DNA of 64,000 nucleotides from a virus (Duplodnaviria; Heunggongvirae; Uroviricota; Caudoviricetes): IMG/VR virus record IMGVR_UViG_2974563859_000001; one strand, 5' to 3'. Shown piece by piece: positions 1 to 9,637 of this stretch (position 1 is its first letter; each line of letters starts with the position of its first letter). The notes under the pieces were generated by a model. It saw only the letters and a program-made list of their open reading frames with translations, ran no database searches and was not told where the DNA came from. The position numbers and the translations under genes were made by a program.

Positions 1-195
1 CTTCATTCTGAAGTAGAAGAATTATCAGAAAAGTTTAATTATGGTAGAATTTATTCTTTACAGATGATAACTGGAAATTTAGATGATTATAAAAATCATA
101 AATTTATTGTAGACTGCGGAAGAAATACTGAGGGAGTAATTAATGCATTAAGAAATAATGGTCTTAATGTAATTTCAGGTGTTATATGTAATTAA
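1..195 (+). CDS. 3' end of hypothetical protein (5' end outside window)
   Basis: Frame 1 is open from base 1 (LHSEVEELSEK...GVICN) to TAA at 193-195 and is followed by a palindrome. Confidence 0.7.
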   Translation, partial: LHSEVEELSEKFNYGRIYSLQMITGNLDDYKNHKFIVDCGRNTEGVINALRNNGLNVISGVICN

Positions 196-197
196 TA

Positions 198-237
198 AAA
201 ACGATAAATCATATTATATAATATGATTTATCGTTTT
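198..237. terminator. Bidirectional terminator, perfect 40-bp palindrome between convergent genes
   Basis: aaaacgataaatcatatta-ta-taatatgatttatcgtttt. Confidence 0.75.
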
Positions 238-240
238 ACT

Positions 241-1080
241 CTATTTATTAAAGAATCTAGGAAGGGCTTTTCTTAATTGTTCTCCATCAAACTCTACTAA
301 TCTTAGAGTATTTAGTGTTTCCAATAGAGTGTAATCAAATAGGCTTTCAGCCATTGCTTGTTCAAGAATTTCCTGATCTACTTCAGTCTTTTCATTCTCT
401 TTTAAAGCCATTTTAACATTTTGAACCTGAAGATTTTTAAATAGAGTATCTTTTGGTTTAATTGGGCTTTCAGATTCACTAATAGCTACAGCAATATCTC
501 TTTCAGTTTTAACAACATTAACTACTTTATTGGTAATTACCTCGGATACATACTCAACATACGTTTTAATATCCTTATTAAATGATTCACTAACGATTTT
601 TACATCCTCTTCATTATCTTTAACTGGGAACATTTTTTCAATATGATATTCAATTGACTCCATAACACTTTGCATTGTAGTACTTTTAACCATTTCAAAA
701 GTTCCATTTGAAATAAGATTATCAGTAATTCCTTTAACTTGTTTAGTCATATATTCTTTGTTTAATTTTTTAACATCTTCATCAAGAGGTAGAGCGTTAT
801 ATACTACACTAGATAAAAAATGTTCAAGTAATTCTTTAGACTGTTGACTTTCAAATTGTTTCTTTTCAATAAGTCTAGCTCTCTTTTGTCTAGCACGTTT
901 ATTACCAGCTAGGAAGGCAACTTCATTATTTGTCTCTTCAATATTATTTATAACGCTCTCATTAAATACTTCTTCCTGTTTTTTACCTTCAGATAAAACT
1001 TCAGAAAATCCAAGTGATTGATTAAACCGTCTCTTTCTAAACTTTGTATTTTTACTGGAAAATGTTTCCATTAAGTTCAC
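241..1080 (-). CDS. Probable virion head/inner-body protein, 279 aa (ATG at 1071 is an alternative start)
   Basis: Last gene of a late operon; several [FLIV]-x-E motifs (FSE, LSE, FNE, VSE, ISE) resembling prohead protease sites. Confidence 0.45.
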   Translation of the reverse strand: MNLMETFSSKNTKFRKRRFNQSLGFSEVLSEGKKQEEVFNESVINNIEETNNEVAFLAGNKRARQKRARLIEKKQFESQQSKELLEHFLSSVVYNALPLDEDVKKLNKEYMTKQVKGITDNLISNGTFEMVKSTTMQSVMESIEYHIEKMFPVKDNEEDVKIVSESFNKDIKTYVEYVSEVITNKVVNVVKTERDIAVAISESESPIKPKDTLFKNLQVQNVKMALKENEKTEVDQEILEQAMAESLFDYTLLETLNTLRLVEFDGEQLRKALPRFFNK

Positions 1081-1087
1081 CCTCTTT

Positions 1088-3802
1088 TTAGATATAATTA
1101 ATTGTTATCGTATGTGTATAATACTGTTCAACACCCAAATCAGTATTATTTGAAGATAATTGCTTTCTTAGGTTTAAATATTCAGGTACATAATCAATAA
1201 TTTCTTGTTTAGTCATATCTAAGAATGATGAATGACTAGATTCAATCTTTTGTACAACTTTATCATTAATTGAATTAAACTCAATATATCTTATGATATC
1301 AAAATTCTCTTCTAATCGTCTGATTAAATTAGAAATAGGGAAAATTTCTTCATCATTACAGCTTTCTACAAAATCTGAAATATAGCTTTTAATTGCAATA
1401 TCTGTTTCACTTGTAACGGCATTATTAGCGTATATAGTGAGATTAAGGTCAAGATCAATTCTATCCAGACCCTTTAATATATACTTATTCTGAGTACTAT
1501 CCCAAACTTTTCCTGTATCATACCAAGATGATTTACCATAAGTGTTATAAAATTTAACATCAATACTTGTATTATTCTCAAGTTTATCCATATTGTCCGT
1601 TAGAGATAAAATAAATTTATCCATTAAATCATAGACTAACGGATAATTATATTGAAAATAAGTATATTCAATTAATGGAATCGATTTTAATTTAAAACCA
1701 CTTTCAGTTGGAAATATATTACTCTCAATTACATTAGACATATTTGAGAATAGATTTATAGGATCATCATTTCTTAGTAGACATACTACACCAAAATCAG
1801 TCATATCTGGCATTTTTAATACATCTGTAGTCTTTTCAGTACTAAAATCATTTTTATAGAGAATTACAACATCAAGATTAACATCACTATCAATAAATGC
1901 ATTTTTAACAGTAGTCATCCCTTCATTATCCAAAATAGGACTTGAATCAAGAGTATAAAGACTATTATAAATATTCAATTTGTTATTGCTAATTGAATTC
2001 CACTTTTCTGTTGCTAGATACCCTTCATATAATAACTCTGTATCACTAGTTCTATTGAAATCAAAATAGCCATATATTTCCCCAGTAGTTGATTTAAGTA
2101 TCCCTCGTATCTTAACATTATCATCAAAATTGTCATCAATTAAGTTTGTTACAAGTGATAGATTAAATTTATATACATCTTCTGACATATTATCTCTAGT
2201 TAAATCAAAAGATGATACCATAAATTGATAAGGAATACTTGGATTAATATAATTATAGGATAAGCTAACATCTTTATTTGCATGAGTTTTATAGTAAATG
2301 GATGATAAAACAGGATCCTTTTCTACTTTAATAAGATAAGGAATTGCATATACTAAATATTTTGGATTATTAAGATACTCTTCTACCTCTAATTTGTGCC
2401 AAACCATAAAATAGATATCATTTTCAATATCATAAATTACTGCACTATTTTCTGGAATAATATAATTATTATTTGACATTTCATTATTACTAATAAATAA
2501 TGAAGGAATAGTTGTTGTTGGCATCACCATATTCTCATTGTTTCTCAAAAGAATATATGAATTCCATAGTCTCTTAATTGCATCATTTCTCTTTTTAATG
2601 AACTTAATCTTACTGTTATTTATCTTATCAGAAGAATTAATCTTATTGAAGTATAAGTCTAGATCATAATCTGTAATAAGATTATCTCTCACTAAATAAT
2701 CTTCAATTAATTTATTTTTAATATCAGCATAAGAAGGTTTATCAGCACCTCCAGAAGCATCAGTAATAGGTTGAATATAAATAGGTATTCTACCCATTTC
2801 AGTATCATTTAGATAGTTGATAAGAATTTCTCCACTAAATGAGAAATTAGCGGTTGATCCGTCAGTAGTAAATATTTCTACTTCTAAAGTTGAATTAAAA
2901 CGTGGTCTGAAATTATTTGGTAAGGCAGAAAATGATATTTCAATTTTATTGTCATCTATAAAAGTGTAATAACAATACTTTTCATCTTCAGGAGGTGTAT
3001 AAGTGTTATTAAAGTAAGTTTTTAATAATTCACGTTCTCCATTATATGTGTAGTATACATTAAAATAGGCAAGTTGTCCTTGATAGTTAATATCATAAAA
3101 TAAATTTTCCGATATATCTTCTGATGAGACAGTGATTGAACTGGTATCTTTTTCCATTTGATAAATATCTACACCCATGAAAATATATTTCTCACCATTA
3201 TAGTTGGCTTCCCATAGTTTTAGATAGGGATTCTTAACTGTAAAAAATGGAAAAGTAGATTCATCGTACATGTATCTAGCGATTACACTATAATCATTAT
3301 TAACATTATTTGCCTTAAAGATTAATTGAATTGGAAATGGAATCATGAAATTATAATCCCCAACACTAAGCAAATAATCATTATTTATGATAAACTCATA
3401 AGCACTATCAGAATCTGATAGATTCTCATCTGAATCAATTTTTCTAAATTTTGTACTATTTATAACATCACTTTTCTTTACACTAAAGTTAATCTTCATA
3501 TGTGATGGTGTTGCCATAGAGATCTGTGAATTTTGTACTTTAGCAAAATTATAAATAGATTTTGGAATAGATGCTGTGTTTAGGAAATGTTCATCATACA
3601 GGATATTTCTATGATAAATATTATTCTTTATCTCATTGGACATAACTTCATTATTATATCCAAATAAACCTGCTTTAAGTAAACTAATACTCACTTCATC
3701 ATTATCATCAATTCCAAAATATTTTTTAGCGATTTCTAGCCATTTATCCTCAATACTATAAGATGTATTATTGACTGTTATAATACTATTCTCTTCTGCC
3801 AT
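1088..3802 (-). CDS. Baseplate wedge-like virion protein, 904 aa
   Basis: Baseplate J/gp6-like segments (EIFTTDGSTANF, DASGGADKPSYADIK...RDNLITDYD); late operon. Confidence 0.6.
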   Translation of the reverse strand: MAEENSIITVNNTSYSIEDKWLEIAKKYFGIDDNDEVSISLLKAGLFGYNNEVMSNEIKNNIYHRNILYDEHFLNTASIPKSIYNFAKVQNSQISMATPSHMKINFSVKKSDVINSTKFRKIDSDENLSDSDSAYEFIINNDYLLSVGDYNFMIPFPIQLIFKANNVNNDYSVIARYMYDESTFPFFTVKNPYLKLWEANYNGEKYIFMGVDIYQMEKDTSSITVSSEDISENLFYDINYQGQLAYFNVYYTYNGERELLKTYFNNTYTPPEDEKYCYYTFIDDNKIEISFSALPNNFRPRFNSTLEVEIFTTDGSTANFSFSGEILINYLNDTEMGRIPIYIQPITDASGGADKPSYADIKNKLIEDYLVRDNLITDYDLDLYFNKINSSDKINNSKIKFIKKRNDAIKRLWNSYILLRNNENMVMPTTTIPSLFISNNEMSNNNYIIPENSAVIYDIENDIYFMVWHKLEVEEYLNNPKYLVYAIPYLIKVEKDPVLSSIYYKTHANKDVSLSYNYINPSIPYQFMVSSFDLTRDNMSEDVYKFNLSLVTNLIDDNFDDNVKIRGILKSTTGEIYGYFDFNRTSDTELLYEGYLATEKWNSISNNKLNIYNSLYTLDSSPILDNEGMTTVKNAFIDSDVNLDVVILYKNDFSTEKTTDVLKMPDMTDFGVVCLLRNDDPINLFSNMSNVIESNIFPTESGFKLKSIPLIEYTYFQYNYPLVYDLMDKFILSLTDNMDKLENNTSIDVKFYNTYGKSSWYDTGKVWDSTQNKYILKGLDRIDLDLNLTIYANNAVTSETDIAIKSYISDFVESCNDEEIFPISNLIRRLEENFDIIRYIEFNSINDKVVQKIESSHSSFLDMTKQEIIDYVPEYLNLRKQLSSNNTDLGVEQYYTHTITINYI

Positions 3803-3813
3803 TGTGTCTCCTC

Positions 3814-4746
3814 CTATTTAAAGAATTTAAGTTTAAATGATGTCTTTGGATGTAGAGAATCATTTTCATAAGGATCAGTTTTAACAACAAGAACTTTAGT
3901 TGCTTTCACATTAGATTCAGTAAAGTTATAAGGTAATAAATCATTCGTTGTATAGGGAATAACACCTTTATTAGAACCTTCAGTTGAATATCTTAACGCT
4001 TCAGAATCTAATGTTGCTACTTTATTAAAGTCCATAAGGATTGCTGGATCTAGATCTTCTTTGAACGAGTAACTATATTCTACTGATATTTCTGGAATAT
4101 CATGATCCTTGCCATCAGTTGCTAGGTTAGCATAGGGAACTGAAATAGGAACTGCACCAGTATATTTAGAGAAATATAAAATAGTCTCACCATCAAAATC
4201 TAAAAGAAAGTAGTAAATTGAACTCACATAGTCTAAATATCTCTTTTTTATAGCATCTTTTGAAGGTGAAAATGTACCACGTCTTACATTTTCAGTATAT
4301 TCTACCCATGCCTTATGTAACTTAATAATGGGTAGACTTTTATATTCCTCAAATTTAACAGTAGTAGTATCACCAACTAGACTATCTACAAGTGAAATTG
4401 GTAAAGTTTGTTTATATCCATAGAATGTTTCTCCAACATCAATTGTCCTTGCCGCTAAATCCTTACCATCCATTCCTCTAAATGCATTTGTTAAAATTTT
4501 AATAAATGGACTAACTGTTTTTCCATTAGTAGTTAGTGCATTAAAAAGATCAGGTTCTAATGTTTCTAAATACATTAGAAAACTATCTCTTCGAGTGTTA
4601 AGTTTATCTAGATTTAATTTTGGTGTAGTAATAAAAATGTATGGTATACCTTTTACTAATACATCATGATCTTTTGGATCTCCTCTTCTATATACATCAT
4701 ATTCTTTGATTATATCAATATGAGGATATAAGTTGAACTCAGACAT
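3814..4746 (-). CDS. Virion structural protein, tail-tube/baseplate hub-like, 310 aa
   Basis: Late promoter upstream; YFSKYTGAVPISVP...SVEYSY resembles tube-fold proteins. Confidence 0.45.
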   Translation of the reverse strand: MSEFNLYPHIDIIKEYDVYRRGDPKDHDVLVKGIPYIFITTPKLNLDKLNTRRDSFLMYLETLEPDLFNALTTNGKTVSPFIKILTNAFRGMDGKDLAARTIDVGETFYGYKQTLPISLVDSLVGDTTTVKFEEYKSLPIIKLHKAWVEYTENVRRGTFSPSKDAIKKRYLDYVSSIYYFLLDFDGETILYFSKYTGAVPISVPYANLATDGKDHDIPEISVEYSYSFKEDLDPAILMDFNKVATLDSEALRYSTEGSNKGVIPYTTNDLLPYNFTESNVKATKVLVVKTDPYENDSLHPKTSFKLKFFK

Positions 4747-4772
4747 TTATAAACCTCCTAAAAGCGAATCTT

Positions 4773-4784
4773 TATTTAATTGTT
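4773..4784 (-). promoter_or_regulatory. Late (nvRNAP) promoter AACA-ATTAAA-TA
   Basis: Matches AR9 late consensus AACA-N6-T(A/G); intergenic, upstream of the 310-aa gene. Confidence 0.7.
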
Positions 4785-4809
4785 CTAAGTAAAAGAAAAC
4801 TCATTTTTC

Positions 4810-4822
4810 AAATATATATTAT
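4810..4822 (+). promoter_or_regulatory. Early (vRNAP) promoter box AAATATATATTAT
   Basis: Exact 13-mer seen 10 times in intergenic DNA of this window. Confidence 0.75.
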
Positions 4823-4826
4823 AAGA

Positions 4827-5071
4827 ATGTTGAAGTAAGTAAATATCAGAGTATATAGACCTTAATAAATCTCTAAATAGGAAGCATACAACCACCTTGA
4901 TGACGCTTCCGCTTCTTCAACATATAAAGATGGAGGAAGATAAACTCATGTTTAAGGCATTAAGAACAGTATTGTCAATCATTGGATTACAATAAATTGG
5001 GAACCCTAAAACTAGGTTTATATACTATAACGCCATTAGCGATTAAGTTCGCTAATGGCAAATAGGTGGTT
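4827..5071 (+). ncRNA. Putative structured early RNA containing a small ORF
   Basis: atgttgaag 4827-35 / cttcaacat 4915-23; ggaagc 4880-85 / gcttcc 4905-10; aaccacct 4890-97 / aggtggtt 5064-71; 11-bp hairpin 5032-5059. Confidence 0.55.
4948..4995 (+). CDS. Micro-ORF MFKALRTVLSIIGLQ (15 aa)
   Basis: GGAGG at 4932-36, ATG at 4948, TAA at 4993-95; below ORF-track cutoff. Confidence 0.45.
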   Translation: MFKALRTVLSIIGLQ

Positions 5072-5105
5072 ATATTTTTTTATTTTTTTCTTTTCCTCCT
5101 TTGTT

Positions 5106-5117
5106 AACAAATAATTA
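5106..5117 (+). promoter_or_regulatory. Late promoter AACA-AATAAT-TA
   Basis: Consensus match upstream of the virion operon starting at 5170. Confidence 0.7.
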
Positions 5118-5169
5118 ATGCTAAATAAATATCATTTAATAATGATAGAAAGGAAAGGTTGAGAAACGA

Positions 5170-6432
5170 ATGGATATTAATACACTAATGAATTTTATCT
5201 CTGCTTTCGGTTTCGGAAAAGATTTAAATAAAGATAAATCACCGAGAACTAAAGATTGGGAGACTGCGGCTGAAATTCTTGGCGCTACAGCTACTGCAAG
5301 AAGAGGTAGTATTAAATATAGAGCAAAAGATTTAATTGCTCACTATCCTGTTTTATTTTCTGATAATCTTACTTCTCATTCAGTACAGCTTGTAAATCGT
5401 GCATTAGAACATGAATATGTAAATATGTTAAAGCTACTTATTCAAAATGATGGTGCAGACGGTTTTGAAAATACTGCATCATATTTAAAAGGATACCATC
5501 AAAATATTAGTCATGATGCAAATCTTGATTCTCATTTATCTAAAAGTACAGATGAACTAGAAAGAAGATTTTCAGAGTCTGTAATTACTGAAAATGATTT
5601 AAGAGATGCTAATAAAAAATTACTTGAAAGTTTTAGTGATGATTTAAACCTTCAAGTATTAAATGATTCTACTGTTAGTAAAGAATATAAAAATTTATTA
5701 GAAGATAAAAAAGATGATTCAAATAACAAAAAAGTTGAAAAAGAATTATCTGCAAAACCAAAAATTGATAATACAGAAATTAAAAAAGCAAATGAATTAA
5801 CTCCAACTAATGTTTCTGTGGATATTGATTATGAAACTAATAATGGAACAGTTCATAAGACCATTTCATTTGGAGTTAAATGTGTTGCTCACCTTCTTGA
5901 TTCTCAAGATATCGAGTATTTTCTCCCAAATGCTGTAATTACTAAAACACCAATCATGCGTATGATTCAATGGACATCAGGGGAGATTAAATTCTTTAAA
6001 GATTTCTTATTTTCTATTGATGAAATTAAAAGAACTGCTGTTAAATCAAATGATAAAAATAGCTTCTGGTGGAGAAAACTACAAACAATCTCAAAAGTAG
6101 CTCATGCTCGTCCTTCTTTATTTGCATTAAGTAAAGGAAGAAAACTAGGGAAAGCTCCTATTCCTACCTCTACAATGGTAATCAGTAAAGAAAATGTAGA
6201 CAATATTCGTCATAAACATGGTATTGATCTTCTTGCAAAACCTTCATTCGTTAAAAAGATTATGAAGAATTTCTTCTTAATGACTTTTATCATTGTTGAT
6301 GAAAGTATTGAAACGGTATATATCTTTAATGAAGATACCAGCGATTTCAGTCATTATTCTTTCAGATCATTAGAAGGTTTCTCAAAACAAAAAAATATTG
6401 ATATAAAAGATATTTATAGTCTTTTAAAATAA
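5170..6432 (+). CDS. Virion structural protein, 420 aa
   Basis: Late promoter, AAGGAAAGG RBS region, clustered x-x-E motifs (FSE, ITE, LLE). Confidence 0.55.
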   Translation: MDINTLMNFISAFGFGKDLNKDKSPRTKDWETAAEILGATATARRGSIKYRAKDLIAHYPVLFSDNLTSHSVQLVNRALEHEYVNMLKLLIQNDGADGFENTASYLKGYHQNISHDANLDSHLSKSTDELERRFSESVITENDLRDANKKLLESFSDDLNLQVLNDSTVSKEYKNLLEDKKDDSNNKKVEKELSAKPKIDNTEIKKANELTPTNVSVDIDYETNNGTVHKTISFGVKCVAHLLDSQDIEYFLPNAVITKTPIMRMIQWTSGEIKFFKDFLFSIDEIKRTAVKSNDKNSFWWRKLQTISKVAHARPSLFALSKGRKLGKAPIPTSTMVISKENVDNIRHKHGIDLLAKPSFVKKIMKNFFLMTFIIVDESIETVYIFNEDTSDFSHYSFRSLEGFSKQKNIDIKDIYSLLK

Positions 6433-6447
6433 AAGAGGTGAGTATAT

Positions 6448-7482
6448 ATGTTTTTTGAAAAGAAAACCACTCTATTAGAACAAAATGATGAATTTTTAGG
6501 TGGAATTCTTATTCGTGAAGATAGCGAATGGAGTAAGTACAAAATTCAAAGTTTAGCTGAAGATATTAAATCTGATGTTACAGACCGTGTTGTCACAAAC
6601 TTATTTAGTGACATTAAATCAAAAGCACTTAGTGTTGATTTCGCTATAGTTGATAAGTCAAAGGGTGATATCACTCGCCTAGCTAATTACAATACTATTT
6701 CTAATGCTATTTCCTTTATTAAAAAAGGAGTTAGTGGACAAAGTGATGACGCTCAAATTGTCAAAGCTGTGAGTCAGCTTGAATTCACTTTAAATACTCT
6801 TATTAAATATAAAAAAGATTTTCAGCGTGGATTTATGTTAAATGATTCAATTACTCGTTACCTGTATAATTCTATCGTTATTGCTATTATTCAAGGAACT
6901 TCCTATTTGGTTTCAGAGACTGTCCAGCTAACAAAAGATAATCTAAATTTGTATAATGTCACTTATAGAGATTCCAAAGAAATCTTTAATAACAATCACA
7001 TTAAATCAATCTCAGTATTTAATCAATTGGAACGAAAAGGTCAGCTGGTTAAGTTATTTAAAGAATCACATAACTTGGCTGAAAATACTTTAATCAACAT
7101 TGGTAAAGATGTATTGAAGCGCCTATCTGATCTTGGTGGAGTTACTAAGTGGATTGCAATTCTTGGTTTAATTGGATTTTCTTTGACCTTTATTAGAAGT
7201 ATTATTTTCTTGTATTTCAATTCAAGAGTTAAATTATCTCAGTATCTTACACATTTAAAAGATTTTGTTGAAATGAATTCATCAACTCTTGAACATGATG
7301 CTAAAAAAGTAAGAGAACGTCAAGAAAAAATTGCTCAAGCTCTTGGAAAATTATCTGATCGAATTCGAGTTGACCAAAACGTAGCAAATGACAGAGCAAA
7401 TAGTCAAATTGAAGAATCAAATAAAATTATTGCTATTGATAACAGCCCATCTAATAATAGCACTAGTTTAGATTTATATTAA
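6448..7482 (+). CDS. Virion structural protein, 344 aa
   Basis: AGAGGTGA RBS; late operon; one hydrophobic helix (KWIAILGLIGFSLTFIRSIIFLYF). Confidence 0.5.
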   Translation: MFFEKKTTLLEQNDEFLGGILIREDSEWSKYKIQSLAEDIKSDVTDRVVTNLFSDIKSKALSVDFAIVDKSKGDITRLANYNTISNAISFIKKGVSGQSDDAQIVKAVSQLEFTLNTLIKYKKDFQRGFMLNDSITRYLYNSIVIAIIQGTSYLVSETVQLTKDNLNLYNVTYRDSKEIFNNNHIKSISVFNQLERKGQLVKLFKESHNLAENTLINIGKDVLKRLSDLGGVTKWIAILGLIGFSLTFIRSIIFLYFNSRVKLSQYLTHLKDFVEMNSSTLEHDAKKVRERQEKIAQALGKLSDRIRVDQNVANDRANSQIEESNKIIAIDNSPSNNSTSLDLY

Positions 7483-7499
7483 AATTATAAATACAAATA

Positions 7500-7511
7500 A
7501 ACATATAATTA
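7500..7511 (+). promoter_or_regulatory. Late promoter AACA-TATAAT-TA
   Basis: Consensus match upstream of 7556. Confidence 0.7.
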
Positions 7512-7555
7512 GTAAAATTAAATAATAACCTAATTCCGAAGGGAGAAAATAAATA

Positions 7556-8674
7556 ATGAAAAATCTGTTTCTATTAGAAGATGTTGAGTTGGATGAAACA
7601 AAAGAAGAGGAAAAAGAAGTTGTAACTGAAGCAGTTATTGAAGATAAAACTGGTCTTATTGCTCTTACTCTTGAGGCTGAAATGAGCTGGAATAACCTTC
7701 ATACTGAAATCGTCAAAGAAGAATTTCAAGCAATCATGAAAGAAGATGAAGAACAGGCAACTAAAAGTCGTTCAGAATTCTTCAAGAAAGCAATTGCTTT
7801 CTTCCAAGAATTATGGAAAAAATTTGTACAAGTTATTCGGAATCTAGTATCTCGTCTTCAAGTACAGTTTACTAATGGGGAAAAATTCTTAGCTTCTCGT
7901 AAGGAAAAATTAGCTCGTTATCAAGGTGATAAAACTGTTTCTATCTACAATTGGAAAGTTAAAGGAATGCTTGGAATTGCTAAAGAATTCCCAACTAATC
8001 GTTTAGGTGGCAGTCTTGTAGGAGCTATTAATCAAGCCGCTAAGAGTGGAAAAGCTGTTTCAGCTGATGAAATTGCTAAAGGATTAGGTTTTGAATCCTT
8101 CTCTGCTATTGATAAAGGTGTAGTTGCTAAAGCTCGTGGAAATGAAAAAGTTGAAGTTAAAGTTAGTCCACAAGTTCTTTCATCTGCGGCTAATGATGTC
8201 AAATCTGCTAAACAAATTCTAGGTATTGTTAATCAACTTGGAAAACAATCTCAAGGAATCATCCAAGAAGGACGTAAAGCGGCTACCGCTGGCTTAAATG
8301 CAAAAGATCCTCAAGATCAACAAAAACAAAGTGCGGCTGTTCAAACTGCAAAAGCAGCTCAATCAGTTCTTAACAAAGTACTAAATGTATTTGTTAAACT
8401 TGAAGTTGAGTGTTATGGAGATTCTATGCGTATTGTTTCTGCGGCTACTTCTGGTGGAAGTGCAGGAATGAAAGCTGATAAAAAGGCTTCTAAAAATGCG
8501 GCTAAAGGAAAACGTGGAAACGAACTAGCAGTAAGTGAAGATGTTGAACTTGATGAAGAACAACCAATTCTTACTCTTGAAGATTTTGAAGAAGATGAAG
8601 AAACAAAAGAAGAAGAGATTGCACTAGAAGATCTAGAGGATCTCAATTTAGAAGATCTAGAAGAAATTGAATAA
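7556..8674 (+). CDS. Probable abundant head/inner-body or scaffold protein with acidic termini, 372 aa
   Basis: Own late promoter; codon use typical of high expression; acidic LE(D)-rich ends around a basic Ala/Lys core. Confidence 0.55.
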   Translation: MKNLFLLEDVELDETKEEEKEVVTEAVIEDKTGLIALTLEAEMSWNNLHTEIVKEEFQAIMKEDEEQATKSRSEFFKKAIAFFQELWKKFVQVIRNLVSRLQVQFTNGEKFLASRKEKLARYQGDKTVSIYNWKVKGMLGIAKEFPTNRLGGSLVGAINQAAKSGKAVSADEIAKGLGFESFSAIDKGVVAKARGNEKVEVKVSPQVLSSAANDVKSAKQILGIVNQLGKQSQGIIQEGRKAATAGLNAKDPQDQQKQSAAVQTAKAAQSVLNKVLNVFVKLEVECYGDSMRIVSAATSGGSAGMKADKKASKNAAKGKRGNELAVSEDVELDEEQPILTLEDFEEDEETKEEEIALEDLEDLNLEDLEEIE

Positions 8675-8682
8675 TATAAATG

Positions 8683-8716
8683 AGGATACGATTCTAATAT
8701 GAATCGTATCCTTTTT
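8683..8716 (+). terminator. Rho-independent terminator
   Basis: aggatacgattc/gaatcgtatcct stem followed by T-tract. Confidence 0.75.
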
Positions 8717-8741
8717 AATAAAGTATAAGGGGGAATTATTA

Positions 8742-9632
8742 ATGGAATTTTTAAATGACTCAATAATGACAACTGATATATTAGAAGCAGAAATGAATTT
8801 TAATAATATCTATCATGAACTTTTATCTGAGGAAATTAGTTTATTTCTAAATGAGGATGACCCTATTGATCACAATCCAAATCCTACTGACTATAAAATG
8901 AGGATAAAAGAAGTTGCAAATAAATTGTTGCAAGCCATAATAGATATTTGGATTGCTTTTATATCTAGAATTAAAGATGTAGTAAATAAAATTATTATCC
9001 ATATGAAATTAGCAGATAAATTTATGGATCAAAATAGAAAATATCTTCAAGAATTTGAAAAGACAAATATGTATTTTTCAGATAAAAAGATTAAAGTAAG
9101 TCCACTATTATTTGATCATCGAAGATTTGATACCGTAATGAATGCTGTTAGATCAGTTAAGATTGTTTCTGATGATATTATGAAGGTAAAAATTAGACCA
9201 GAGGATATTAGTAAGGATACCATTCAGAAAGAATTAAGTATGAAATTAAGTAATGCTAAAAAAGAAATCAATAAAATGATTGTTGAAAAAGAAGAAGTAA
9301 CACCAAATAAAGATTTATATGAAAAAAGTAAATTATTCTTACTTAAAGGTTATGATAGTTTAGTAGCTGAATTTAGTAAAATGTATAAGACTACAGATTC
9401 AATTATTAGAACTAGTAAAAATAATTTTATAAGTAAATTTAATGTTGATACTTCTACAAGAGATGGAAAATTAGCTGTTAATGGTTATATTGAAATCTCA
9501 AGAATGTGTGTTTCAACTGTTATTGAATGTTATTCTAGAATGCTTAGTCTCTTGAATCAATTATATACTGATTCATTTACAGTATGTAGGATGACAGTAG
9601 CTGAAGTTAAAAAAAGAAGAAATAATGACTAA
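8742..9632 (+). CDS. Probable inner-head virion protein, 296 aa, same N-terminal architecture as the 372-aa protein
   Basis: LEAEMNFNNI...LLQAIIDIWIAFISRIKD parallels LEAEMSWNNL...FFQELWKKFVQVIRN. Confidence 0.5.
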   Translation: MEFLNDSIMTTDILEAEMNFNNIYHELLSEEISLFLNEDDPIDHNPNPTDYKMRIKEVANKLLQAIIDIWIAFISRIKDVVNKIIIHMKLADKFMDQNRKYLQEFEKTNMYFSDKKIKVSPLLFDHRRFDTVMNAVRSVKIVSDDIMKVKIRPEDISKDTIQKELSMKLSNAKKEINKMIVEKEEVTPNKDLYEKSKLFLLKGYDSLVAEFSKMYKTTDSIIRTSKNNFISKFNVDTSTRDGKLAVNGYIEISRMCVSTVIECYSRMLSLLNQLYTDSFTVCRMTVAEVKKRRNND

Positions 9633-9637
9633 TGTCA

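Noticed and set aside
4890-4910. Hammerhead ribozyme core (ttgatga)
   Set aside because: Not CUGANGA, and no correctly placed GAAA or three-way junction
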